Assembly: GCA_963702425.1 (NCBI GenBank)
Contig: CAVPCQ010000033.1
Coordinates: 1 to 64,000 of the forward strand
Reading direction: 5' to 3'
DNA length: 64,000 bases
DNA from: an uncultured Acidobacteriota bacterium
GTDB taxonomy: Bacteria > Acidobacteriota > Polarisedimenticolia > J045
In this document: positions 21,163-30,504 of the stretch, piece after piece
Numbering within the stretch: the first letter of the stretch is position 1
Layout: each line of letters begins with the position of its first letter
Notes under the pieces: model-generated
What the model was told of the DNA's origin: nothing
What the model saw: the letters and a program-made list of their open reading frames with translations, nothing else
Database searches by the model: none
Position numbers and translations under genes: made by a program

Positions 21163-21569
21163 CGCGCCGCCGCGAGCGCGGCCGCCTGCTTGGCCCGCGC
21201 CTCGGCCCAGGCGTCGCGCATCGGGACCATCAGCTTCGCCACCTCATTCAGCCCCGACGGATCGGCGGAGAGGTGCGACTCCATGATCCGACGCCGGCAG
21301 TAGGTGTAGAGCCGATCGAGGTTGGCCGCGATCTCGCCGCCGCGCTCGAGATCCAGCACGGCCTGAAGCTCGCCCACGATGTCCACCGCGCGGCGCACCG
21401 ACTCGGCCGCGCCCAGCGCGTTCCGGTCCGCCATCATGTCGGCGCCGCGCCGCAGGTAGCCGAGCATCCCGTCGTAGAGCTGCACGACGAGCGAAACCCC
21501 TTCTTCCTGCTGCACCTGCGTCGCCTGGTAGGCCCGGCGGGCCGCCTGCGTCATCGCCGCCTGATTCAT
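21159..21569 (-). CDS. fliS: Flagellin export chaperone FliS
   Basis: AYQATQV, LVVQLYDG, LDLERGGEIAANLDRLYTY, MRDAW. Confidence 0.92.
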   Translation of the reverse strand: MNQAAMTQAARRAYQATQVQQEEGVSLVVQLYDGMLGYLRRGADMMADRNALGAAESVRRAVDIVGELQAVLDLERGGEIAANLDRLYTYCRRRIMESHLSADPSGLNEVAKLMVPMRDAWAEARAKQAAALAAAR

Positions 21570-21614
21570 CACGCCCTGCTCTCCTGCATCGTCCGACCTC
21601 ATGCTCCGGCGTCC

Positions 21615-23527
21615 CTAGGTCCGCGCCTGGAGCTGCTGCATCATGGCCTGGAGCTGGGCGATCGCCTGCTCGGCCGCCGAGAACTGCCGCACCAGCTGCT
21701 CGCGCCGCAGGTCGAGCCGCGCCTCGAGCCGGTCGATCCGGTCCTCGGCCTGCTTGATCGACGCCTCGTACCCCTCCTTCGCGCTCTTGATCAGCCCGTC
21801 GGTCGGATCGAGGATCCCCTTCAGGCCGCCGATGAACGCAGTCGAGCGCCCCCTTGCTGAACCCGACCGAGCCGAAGTCCCCGGCCTTGCCGTCGATCGC
21901 GGCCTGCGAGGCGTAGATCTGGATCTGCAGCCCCTCGGCCGGCGACCCGGTGGCGCCGGTGAGCAGTCTGTCCCGAGCCGACCGCGTCCACCCCGCCGAT
22001 CTGCCCGGCGACGTCGACGCCGGCGTCGGTCCGCGCGGTCGTCCCGATGCGGGTCGAATCCGCGGCGTCCGCGCGGTCGCTGACGACCGACAGCTCCTGC
22101 GACGCGCCGTAGGCGCGCGACCGCAGCGCAAGCGCGCCGTTGTCCGAGTAGGCCACCGCGTTCATGCCGCTCGCCGTCAGCTGGGCGTTCACCTTCGCGA
22201 TGATCGCGTCGATCGTGTCGCCCGCGGCGAGCGCGATGCTGCTGCTGTTCCCGTTGAGCGTGACCGTCAGCGTCTCGTCGGCGCCAAGGCCGCCCGCGGC
22301 CACCGCCCCGCTCCCCGCGACCGCCGCCTGCTCGGCGGCGCGCGTGACCGTCACGTCGTAGGTTCCCACCTTGGTCGCGACCGTCGAGCCGGCGAAGCGC
22401 ACGGAAGCGTCGCTGGCCGAGCCGGTCGAGAGCAGCAGGCTGCGGATCTCGTCGTAGCGGCCGTCGTCGACCAGCCGCTCGAACTTCGTCTCGTCGAACT
22501 TGAGCCGCCCGGTCCCGTCCGCGACCTCGATTCCCAGCAGCGCCAGGCTGCTGATCGAGCCGTCGGCGACGCCGGTCACGGACTCGGTGAGCAGGCCCTG
22601 CAGCTTGCGCTGGATCGTGCGCAGCGAGGAGGCCGAGGCGACGGCCGAGGACTTCTCGGCCTCCGCGCTGCCGTACTGGGCCTGGAAGAAGTCGTTGACC
22701 TTGTTGTAGGCGTCGACCAGTTCCTTGATCGACTTCTTGGTGCCGTCGATGTCGTCCGCCACCGTGAGCGTGAGCGGCCCGTCGGTTTTTCCGGTCAGGG
22801 TCAGCGTCACGCCCTCGATGGCGTCCGACACGGTGTTGGTCTGCGCGTTGATGGTGACGCCGTCGACGACCAGCTGCGCGTCACGCGCGGCCTGCAGCAC
22901 GTTGGCCGGGTCGTCGAGGTTCAGGTTGGTCGAGTCGCTGATCGAGAGGGCGTGCTGCGTCCCGGTCTCCTTCGACTTGACGACCAGCATGCTGCTCGTG
23001 CCGTCGAAGATGACGGAAGCCTGGACCCCCTCGTCCGCCGCGTTGACCGCGTCGGCGATCGCCTTGAGCGAGTTGTTGCCGGCCCCGGCGCTCACGTCGA
23101 TCGTGATCGCCTCGTGGCCCGCTGCCTGGATCGTGATCGCCCCGTCCGAGACCAGTGGGGAGTAGGCGTCGACGAGTCCGGCGGAGCGCACGCGGTGCGC
23201 CGCCGCCGTCTCGAGCACCTCGAGGTCGTAGGTGCCGCTCGCCGCCACCCCTCCGGCCTGCGCCTTGAGGGGCGCGTCGGTCACGGACAGCGTCGTCGTC
23301 TTGCCGCCGACGGTCTGGCCGTCCTTCAGCGCCTGCAACTTCGACTGGAACTCGGTCAGGAGCGTTCCGAGGTTTCCGAACGCGGTCTTCGTGCGGTTGA
23401 ACCCGTCGACCCGGCTCTGCAGCAGCGACAGAGGCCGCCGCTCGGCCGAGAGCACCGCCTCGATGATCGCGTTGAAGTCGATGCCGGATGCCAACCCGGA
23501 ACCAAAGGAGACCGATCCGATCGGCAT
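21615..23527 (-). CDS. fliD: Flagellar filament cap protein FliD (frameshifts near the 3' end)
   Basis: GLASGIDFNAIIEAV..ER, TNTVSDAIEGVTLTL, LVDAYN, C-terminal REQLVRQFSAAEQAIAQLQ. Confidence 0.92.
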
Positions 23528-23568
23528 CGTCCTTGCCCCTCCGCCGCGGGCTTCCCGCCCGGGGCGCG

Positions 23569-23973
23569 TCAGCCCCGCCGGTCGACCAGCAGCCCGAAGT
23601 ACTGTTCCAGTCCCCGGGCAAAAGCCAGCTGCTCTTCCGGTGGGATCGTTCGGACCAACTTATCGGTCCGGGCGTCCATGACCTTGATGACCATGGTCCC
23701 GTCGTCGGTGAATTCGTACCGGACGGAGGTGCGGCGCAGGAAGCCCCTGGCTTCGGCCTTCTCGAGCGCCTCGCCCATGCGGCGGCGGGCCTCCTCGAGG
23801 GCGGCCTCGGTGGCCGAGGGGTTTCGTTGCGGGGTCGCGGTCTCCCGCGAGCTTTCCAGGTGTGGGCTGACGCTCCGGCGGGCCGGTTCCGGCGCGGGGT
23901 TGCCGCGTGTCGCCGGCTCTCCCCCCGCGGCCGGACTGCCGACCGACGGAACCGTCAGGAGATCTCCGGTCAT
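23569..23973 (-). CDS. flaG: Flagellar protein FlaG
   Basis: VIKVMDARTDKLVRTIPPEE...GLLVD; position between fliC and fliD. Confidence 0.88.
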   Translation of the reverse strand: MTGDLLTVPSVGSPAAGGEPATRGNPAPEPARRSVSPHLESSRETATPQRNPSATEAALEEARRRMGEALEKAEARGFLRRTSVRYEFTDDGTMVIKVMDARTDKLVRTIPPEEQLAFARGLEQYFGLLVDRRG

Positions 23974-24003
23974 GGCCGTTCCTCCTTCGCCCCCCGAGCG
24001 GAG

Positions 24004-24035
24004 CCCGGGACGGGGAGGCCTCTCCCCGCCCCGGG
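24004..24035 (-). terminator. GC-rich stem-loop immediately after the flagellin stop (terminator or transcript stabiliser; no U-tract)
   Basis: On the minus strand CCCGGGGCGGGGAG pairs with CTCCCCGTCCCGGG. Confidence 0.5.
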
Positions 24036-24046
24036 GTCACGGCCTG

Positions 24047-24883
24047 TTACCGAAGCAGCGCGAGCACGCTCTGCGCGGTGGCGTTCGCCTGCGCGAGAGC
24101 GGCCATGCCGGTCTGGTTCAGCACCTGGAACTTGGTGACGTTGACGACCTCTTCGGCCACGTTGGCGTCGCGGATCTGGCTCTCGGCCGACTTGAGGTTC
24201 TCGGCCTGGGACATGATCACGCTGATCGTGTGGTCGATGCGGTTGTAGTACGCGCCCAGGTTGCCGCGGTTCGCGGAGACGCTGTCGATCGCCGACTGGA
24301 CGGCGACCAGCTCGGCCCGCGCGTCGGAGGCGGTAGCCAGCGTGCCCGCGGTGAGCGACAGGCCGGCGGCCGAGACGCCCGTGGTCACGAGCTGGATGCG
24401 GTCGTTGGCGCCCGAGCCGGTGCCGACCTGGATGTCGATCGTCGTCCCGGTGCCGCTGAGGAGGCTGATCCCGTTGAAGCTGACGGTCGCCGCGATGCGG
24501 TCGATCTCGGTCAGGATCTGGTTGTACTCGGCGTTGAGCGCGGTCTTGGAGGTCGAGTTGTCGGCGCCCGAGGTGCCCGACGCGGCCTGCTCGGCCAGCG
24601 TCACGGCGCGCTGCAGGAGGTTGCCGATCTCGCCCAGGGCCGAGTCGGTGGTGTTGATGATGCCGACGCCGTCGTTCGCGTTGCGCACCGCCTGGTTGAG
24701 GGCGGCGACGTCCGCGCGCAGGTTCTCGGCGATCGCGAGGCCCGCGGCGTCGTCCTTGGCGCCGTTGATCCGGAGACCCGAGGAGAGGCGGTTGATCGTG
24801 CTGATCAGTCCGCCCTGCGTCCGGGTCAGGCCGTTCATCGCGTTGAGGGCCCCGACGTTGGTGACGACAGAGAAGTTCGCCAT
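24047..24883 (-). CDS. fliC: Flagellin (short, 278 aa)
   Basis: RLSSGLRINGAKDDAAGLAIA, ENLKSAESQIRDANVAEE, ALAQAN..QSVLALLR; RBS GGAGG. Confidence 0.96.
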   Translation of the reverse strand: MANFSVVTNVGALNAMNGLTRTQGGLISTINRLSSGLRINGAKDDAAGLAIAENLRADVAALNQAVRNANDGVGIINTTDSALGEIGNLLQRAVTLAEQAASGTSGADNSTSKTALNAEYNQILTEIDRIAATVSFNGISLLSGTGTTIDIQVGTGSGANDRIQLVTTGVSAAGLSLTAGTLATASDARAELVAVQSAIDSVSANRGNLGAYYNRIDHTISVIMSQAENLKSAESQIRDANVAEEVVNVTKFQVLNQTGMAALAQANATAQSVLALLR

Positions 24884-24908
24884 GTGAGTGATCCTCCGTG
24901 ATGCGTGC

Positions 24909-24931
24909 GGAGCCGGCGTCCGTGCCGCTCC
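24909..24931 (-). promoter_or_regulatory. Candidate CsrA-binding hairpin in the flagellin 5' UTR
   Basis: GGAGCGGC-ACGGAC-GCCGGCTCC has GGA in the hairpin loop; a second ACGGA overlaps the SD. Confidence 0.55.
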
Positions 24932-25069
24932 GGCGGGCGTGCCTGCCCGCGTGGGTTCGTGACGTGGCGGTGTGGGTGGTGCGAGTCCTTTCCAGTCGGA
25001 CCGCTCTCCCGCGCGCTGGGAGGCGTCCCCTCCCCAAGGGACGCTTTCCGGTCCTGACCTTCGCCTCCC

Positions 25070-25097
25070 TTTTCGGCCGGAAAGCGAAGCGGCTTGA
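25070..25097 (-). promoter_or_regulatory. Sigma28 (FliA)-type promoter for the downstream flagellin
   Basis: TCAAG-N15-GCCGAAAA on the minus strand. Confidence 0.7.
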
Positions 25098-25229
25098 GCG
25101 CCGTGACGCGCCCGGAAGCCTTCTTTTTCTCGCGGCCGCCGGAGGTGCGCCGCCCGGCCGCGAAGCCGGGCGACGCCTACTGGAGGTCCACGGCAGCCTG
25201 CGAACGCTGCCGAAGCAGGGCTTCGGCGA

Positions 25230-26067
25230 TCAGCGCAGCAGGCTGAGGATGCTCTGCGAGGTGGCGTTGGCCTGCGCAAGGGCCGCGAGGCCGGTCTGGT
25301 TCAGGACCTGCCCCTTGGTCAGGTCGACCACTTCCTGGGCCATGTTCGCGTCGCGGATCTGGCTCTCGGCCGCCTTGAGATTCTCGGCTTGGGTCGTGAT
25401 CACGGCGATCGTGTGGTCGAGGCGGTTGAAGTAGGCGCCCAGGTCACCCCGGTTCGCCGAGACCCCGTCGATCGCGCTCTGGATCGCCTCCAGCTCGAGC
25501 CGCGCGCCCGACTTGGTCATCAGGCTGTCGCGCGCCAGGCCGAGGCTGGTGGAGTTGATCGCGGTGGTCAGGATCGTGACCCGGTCCTCGGTGCCGGAGC
25601 CCAGGCCGACCTGGATGTCGAGCGTGGTCCCGGAGCCGGCCAGCAGCTTGCTGCCGTTGAATTCGACCGTGTCCGCGATCCGCTGGATCTCGTCCAGGAT
25701 CTGACTGTACTCGCTGTTGATCGCGGTCTTGGAGACCGCGTTGTCGGCCCCCGACGTATCCGACGCTGCCTGCTCGGAGAGCGTCATCGCGCGCTGGAGC
25801 AGGTTGCTGATCTCCTGCAGCGCGGAGTCGGCGACGTTGATCACCGCGATCCCGTCGTTGGCGTTGCGGACCGCCTGGTTCAGGCCGACGACGTCGGCGC
25901 GCAGGTTCTCGGCAATCGCCAGGCCCGCGGCGTCGTCCTTGGCGCCGTTGATGCGCAGGCCCGAGGCCATCCGGTTGAGCGTCGTCTGCAGCGTTGCGCT
26001 CCGTCTTCACCAGCTGGTTGTGGGCGTTGAGTGCTCCGATGTTGGTCACCACCGAGAACGAGGCCAT
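25230..26067 (-). CDS. fliC: Second flagellin (one-base frameshift near 25995)
   Basis: MASFSVVTNIGALNA then RMASGLRINGAKDDAAGLA ... AALAQANATSQSILSLLR; span is 838 bp versus 837 for the paralog. Confidence 0.92.
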
Positions 26068-26088
26068 GCCGTCTTCCTCCTGGCCAAC

Positions 26089-26115
26089 TCTTCGGCACCT
26101 CCCGCGACGACTTGA
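26089..26115 (-). promoter_or_regulatory. Sigma28 (FliA)-type promoter for the upstream flagellin
   Basis: TCAAG-N14-GCCGAAGA on the minus strand, just upstream of RBS AGGAGG. Confidence 0.7.
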
Positions 26116-26293
26116 GTCCTGTTTTCGAACACCCCTTGTCCCGGCCCGCCCCGGGAACCACCGTATCGATGAGGAGTTGCGCGACGGGCGACCCGACCGG
26201 AACCGCGTCCGTGGGCAATCCCTTAACAGAGACGCAAGTTATTTACTGTCAACAAGATAGACACGGCGGCCGCCATCCGCCGACGGAGCCGCG

Positions 26294-26884
26294 GTGACGA
26301 CCCCACCCTTTTCCCCCGAGCGCGAGCACCCCCGACTGGGGGTCCGGATCCCGGTCCGGGTCCGCAGCCTCTCCGACCGCGACGCGGAGGAGCTGGCCCG
26401 GCGCATCGGCCTGGAGCCGACCTTCGCCCCCCGGGCCGCCGGGGACGGATCCGCCCGGCCCGCCCCCGCGAGCTACGAGCAGGCGGCGCTGGCGCACCTG
26501 GTGGAGCGGGTGGAGCAGATGGAGCGGACGCTCGACCTGATCGCGACCAAGCTGGGGATCCCGCTCGGCACCCCCGCCGAATGGCTCGAGGGGGAGGCGG
26601 TGGACATCTCGGCCGGCGGCACGGGCCTCGACCTGCCGCAGCGCCTGCCCCAGGGGACGCCGCTGGAGGTCGAGCTGACGCTGCTCGGCGAGCCGACGGC
26701 CACGCTGCGCCTCGTCGGCCGCGTCGCGTTCACGGCCCGGCCGGATGGAGCGCAGCGCCCGGTCGGCCGCTTCCGGATCGGGATCGGATTCGAAGCGATC
26801 CACCCCTCCGATCGCGAGGCGCTGGTGCGCTACCTGTTCCGGCTGCAGCGCGCGCAGCTACGCGAGCGCCACCAGGAGGTCTGA
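26294..26884 (+). CDS. PilZ-domain c-di-GMP receptor
   Basis: RxxxR (REHPR) and DxSxxG (DISAGG) separated by a helical insert. Confidence 0.85.
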   Translation: MTTPPFSPEREHPRLGVRIPVRVRSLSDRDAEELARRIGLEPTFAPRAAGDGSARPAPASYEQAALAHLVERVEQMERTLDLIATKLGIPLGTPAEWLEGEAVDISAGGTGLDLPQRLPQGTPLEVELTLLGEPTATLRLVGRVAFTARPDGAQRPVGRFRIGIGFEAIHPSDREALVRYLFRLQRAQLRERHQEV

Positions 26885-26907
26885 GCCGGCCGCGGCCGGG
26901 CCGTCGC

Positions 26908-28239
26908 TCAGCCGAGGTCGTCCGCGAGCCCTTCCTGCAGGTAGCGCTCGATGATCACGCGGTCGCGCCGGCCGTAGCTCTCGAACTCGATCCCGAGGCC
27001 GGGCCCGCCCGACGGCGACGACTCGCCGCCGCGGCTGACGCGCGCCACGCGGCCGATCACACGCACCGGCTCGGTCTGGCCCGGCACGCCGAAACTCAGT
27101 CCGACGCGCGCCCCCTCCGCCAATCGCGGCTCGCACTCGATGAAGAGACCGGAGTTCGAGATGTCGTAACTCAGGCCGATCGGATCGTCCTCACGACCCT
27201 CGACGAAGACCGGCGTGATGATCCGCAGCCGCGGGCGCCGCGCGTAGATCCAGACGCGATTGCGACCCAGGCGCCGCGCCTCGTCGAGCGCCTCGCGCGA
27301 GCGGCGCGCCAGCTCGTCGAGCGTGTCGCCATCGCCGGGATAGCAGGCGCCGCCGACCGTCACGGTGAGGCGCAGCTGGCGCCCCTGGTCGACCTCGAAG
27401 GGGTGGTACTCGACCGCCTGCCGCACCCGGCCGCCGACCGCGCGGCCCGCGGTGCGCCCCGTCCCCTCGAGCAGCACGCCGAACTGCGCGCCGTCGAGGC
27501 GCGCCGTCATGTCGTGACCGCGGACCGCGCCGTGAATGATGCGCGCCGCGTGGCGAAGCATCGCGTCGCCGAGGCCGGGTCCGAGCGCTTCCACGAACGC
27601 GTCGTAGCCGTCCACCTCGACCAGCAGGATCGAGAACGGCACCCCCTCCGAGCGCGCGAGCGCGAAGGCCTCCGACAGGCGCGACTCGAACTCCACCGCG
27701 CTCGGCAGGCCGGTCAGCGTGTCGATCCCCGGCCAGCGCTCCAACTCGGAGGCTGGCGCGGCGGACGGCGCGGCGAGCGGCCCGCGCGCGCGCAGCAACT
27801 CCACCGTGACCGCGCCCCGGGGCGCATGGGACGGCGTGAGGATCACGTCCACCTGCCAGCGCGCGCCGTCCTTCGCGCACATCAGCAGCGAGCGCGGCGT
27901 CGCGCGCGAGACCGGGCCGATCGCCCCCTCGTACAGCGCGCGCGGCTCGAAGCGGCGGAAGCCGTCGTCGTCCGGCTCGGTGTAGACCCCCAGCCCGGCA
28001 CCGCGGCCGACGACCTCGAGCGCGGTCCACCCGGTGAACGACTCGGCACCGCGATCGAACGCGAGCACCGACCCCTCGGCATCGACGAGGAAGCGGCCGC
28101 TGACGGGGCGCGTGACGCCGCCGCCCTGCCAGGCGGAGAGGTCGATCGGGCGCGTCGTCAGCGGGTCCTGCGGCGCGCGCCGCTCGAACTCGCGTTCGCT
28201 CGTGGACCGCTCGGGGCGTGTCCTGTTGGCGTCGAGCAT
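26908..28239 (-). CDS. PAS-like + degenerate GGDEF + PilZ protein
   Basis: DTLTGLPS, ARLDGAQF in place of RxGGDEF, ARRLGRNRV; C-terminal RRPR and DISNSG. Confidence 0.82.
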   Translation of the reverse strand: MLDANRTRPERSTSEREFERRAPQDPLTTRPIDLSAWQGGGVTRPVSGRFLVDAEGSVLAFDRGAESFTGWTALEVVGRGAGLGVYTEPDDDGFRRFEPRALYEGAIGPVSRATPRSLLMCAKDGARWQVDVILTPSHAPRGAVTVELLRARGPLAAPSAAPASELERWPGIDTLTGLPSAVEFESRLSEAFALARSEGVPFSILLVEVDGYDAFVEALGPGLGDAMLRHAARIIHGAVRGHDMTARLDGAQFGVLLEGTGRTAGRAVGGRVRQAVEYHPFEVDQGRQLRLTVTVGGACYPGDGDTLDELARRSREALDEARRLGRNRVWIYARRPRLRIITPVFVEGREDDPIGLSYDISNSGLFIECEPRLAEGARVGLSFGVPGQTEPVRVIGRVARVSRGGESSPSGGPGLGIEFESYGRRDRVIIERYLQEGLADDLG

Positions 28240-28349
28240 GGCGATCTCTCCGGCCCCGGCGGCGCGGAGTGGATCGTTTCCGGACAGCGGACCGATCCAC
28301 GACCCGGCCGCCAAGTTGCTGGGCCCACGGACAATATGTGCCCCGGGCC

Positions 28350-29520
28350 TCAGCCCGTCCCGTCCCTTCGGGGGGCGGCTGTTCGATTCTTGACCAGTTC
28401 CGCCTCAGCCGGGGAAGCCGGGCGCCAGATCCCGCCCTCCCGCCGGCGGGAGATGGCGTCCGCGTGGTAGCGGACCGAGGTCACGAGCTTTCCCTCCAGG
28501 TTGAAGATGTGGGCCCGGCCGCGCTCGCCGAGGACCACGATCGTGCCCCGGCGGACGTCGAAGAGGACCTCGTCCTCCGCGGCCCGGACGGCGTCGGCGA
28601 CCGCCATCCGGGTCGGGCGGGTCCCCTCCTCGTGGCGGACCGTGGCGTGCCGGGTCCGCCGGCCGCGCGCCCGCTCCCCCCGTTCGAGCCGCCGGGCGAG
28701 GCCGGCCAGGAGTCCCTCGATCCGGCGCTCGACCGCGGCGTCGTTGGCCCGGCTGCTGCGTCGCGCCCCCCGCTCCAGTTCCGCCAGCGCGGACTGGGCC
28801 CAGCGAGCGGCCCCGGCCCAGGGGATCGGGCTGAGGCGGTCGTGCAGGTGCTCGAGTGTTTCGCCATCGGGTCCAGATCCGATAATGTTCAAAAAATACC
28901 GTCTTTGCCCGTTTTTCACTTTTCCGGATGCGATCTGGAAGGTGACCGCCAGCAACCCCGGGCGACCGGAGGGATCGGGCACCCGGTACCAGCCCGCTGC
29001 GACCTGACCGTGGACCCGGATCGTCATCCCGGCCCCCGCGGTAGACCGGGAGGACCTCCCCCATCAGGGTCTCACCCGTGGTCTCGAGCACCACGAGCTC
29101 GGGCGCGCCGGAGGCGAGGGTCTCCATCCGCGGATCGCGCCGGCTGACCATCACCTGGAAGAAGTCGGCGAAGCGCGGCGTGCCGGTCGGGCCGTAGCCG
29201 GTGAAGACGGCGCGGGGGTCGTCCGTCGCGGCGTGCGCGCAGCCCGCCTGCCCGCAGCGGAAGCAGTAGACCCGGCCCGGCTGGAACGCGGCCGCCCCCG
29301 ACAGCAGCGCGGCGACCGCGTCCTCGAGCTCGCCCGCGAGCGCCCGCGTCTCCTCCGCGACCCGATCGCCGGCATCGAAGAGCGGCAGGCGCAGCGCCAG
29401 GTCGAGCCGCGCGTCCGCGGCGCGCAGCAGGTGCGCCCACGGGTGCGCGCGCGCCCGGCCCTCGGCGGCCTCGACCAGCAGCCGGAGCGCCTCGACCAGC
29501 CTGGGATCGTCCTCGGCCAT
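28350..29520 (-). CDS. Hypothetical protein with a CxxCxxxxCxH motif (frameshift near 29035)
   Basis: ORFs 28405..29520 (5' part, YCFRCGQAGCAH) and 28350..29027 (3' part) join into one plausible protein. Confidence 0.6.
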
Positions 29521-29530
29521 CGCGCGGATT

Positions 29531-29589
29531 GTAGGGGCCGGCCTCCGTGCCGGCCCGCGGCCGTAGGGGCCGGCCTCCGTGCCGGCCCG
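29531..29589. repeat. Two identical GTAG-type REP-like palindromes in tandem
   Basis: GTAGGGGCCGGCCTCCGTGCCGGCCCG at 29531-29557 and 29563-29589; GTAG head plus GGGCCGGC/GCCGGCCC stem. Confidence 0.85.
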
Positions 29590-29598
29590 TGTTCGTTC

Positions 29599-30336
29599 TT
29601 ACGCCCGGCTCTGGCGCTTGAAGACGCCCTTCTCCTTGAAGAGCGCGGCGCCGGCCAGGAAGAACGCGATGACCTGCACGACCATGAAGACGCTGTCGTT
29701 CAGCATCGCGAAGTCGAATCCGCCGCGGTTGACCACGCCGCTCCCGCGCGTGCCGACGTAGACCAGGTTGAGAAAGCGCGACGTCGCCAGCACGAGGAAG
29801 GCCCACGACGCAACCCGCGGCAGCAGCGCGGCCCCGCGCCCGAGCAACTGCCAGAGCCCGGCGTAGAGCAGCAGCGAGCAGCCGAGCGCGCCCCACGACG
29901 GCAGCGCCCAGAGCGCGTCCGACGCGTCGTAGATCTGCAGCAGCCAGTCCGGCGGATCGGTCGGCTTCTCCGCCAGCAGCGTGATCTTGTGCTGCACCAT
30001 GAAGACCGCCGACCAGAGCCAGTAGGAGCTGAGGAAGTAGCCCAGCGCGGAGAACTTGACGACCTCGGTCTCCAGCCGCCCTTCCGGCCCGTAGACGGCG
30101 ACCAGTCCCAGCGTCCCGACGAAACCCGCCGCCCCGATGATCAGGTAGCCCATGAACAGCGGCATGACGTAGTCCATGCGCGACTTGTTGAGGAAGTCGC
30201 CGGCGAGCGTGAGCTTGAGCGGATTCGTCCCGACGAGGATGAACTCGAGCATCACCATCCCGAGCAGCAGCGACGCGAAGGTGACGAGCAGTGCGGCCGC
30301 GACCTGCTGCTCTTTTTCCGAGCGACGCGTGGACAT
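29599..30336 (-). CDS. Hypothetical integral membrane protein (~6 TM)
   Basis: MSTRRSEKEQQ... with multiple hydrophobic segments and host-like codon usage. Confidence 0.75.
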   Translation of the reverse strand: MSTRRSEKEQQVAAALLVTFASLLLGMVMLEFILVGTNPLKLTLAGDFLNKSRMDYVMPLFMGYLIIGAAGFVGTLGLVAVYGPEGRLETEVVKFSALGYFLSSYWLWSAVFMVQHKITLLAEKPTDPPDWLLQIYDASDALWALPSWGALGCSLLLYAGLWQLLGRGAALLPRVASWAFLVLATSRFLNLVYVGTRGSGVVNRGGFDFAMLNDSVFMVVQVIAFFLAGAALFKEKGVFKRQSRA

Positions 30337-30504
30337 GGCGGAGGCTCCCCGGGGGCTGATAGCGTGCTTTTGCACCATAGCACAGCGCACGCCGGGCAGC
30401 GGAGGACGCACGCTGGCCGCAGCGCCTTCCCGGCGCCATCTTGCCCTCCCCGGTCCGCTTCCCCATGATGCCGGGGCTGAGCCCGTCACCGGAGACCCCG
30501 CCCG

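Noticed and set aside
24884-25065. Canonical c-di-GMP-I riboswitch in the fliC leader
   Set aside because: GGGACGC and GAAA are present but the GCAAA...GAAA...GCAAAG arrangement is not; kept only as an unassigned structured leader
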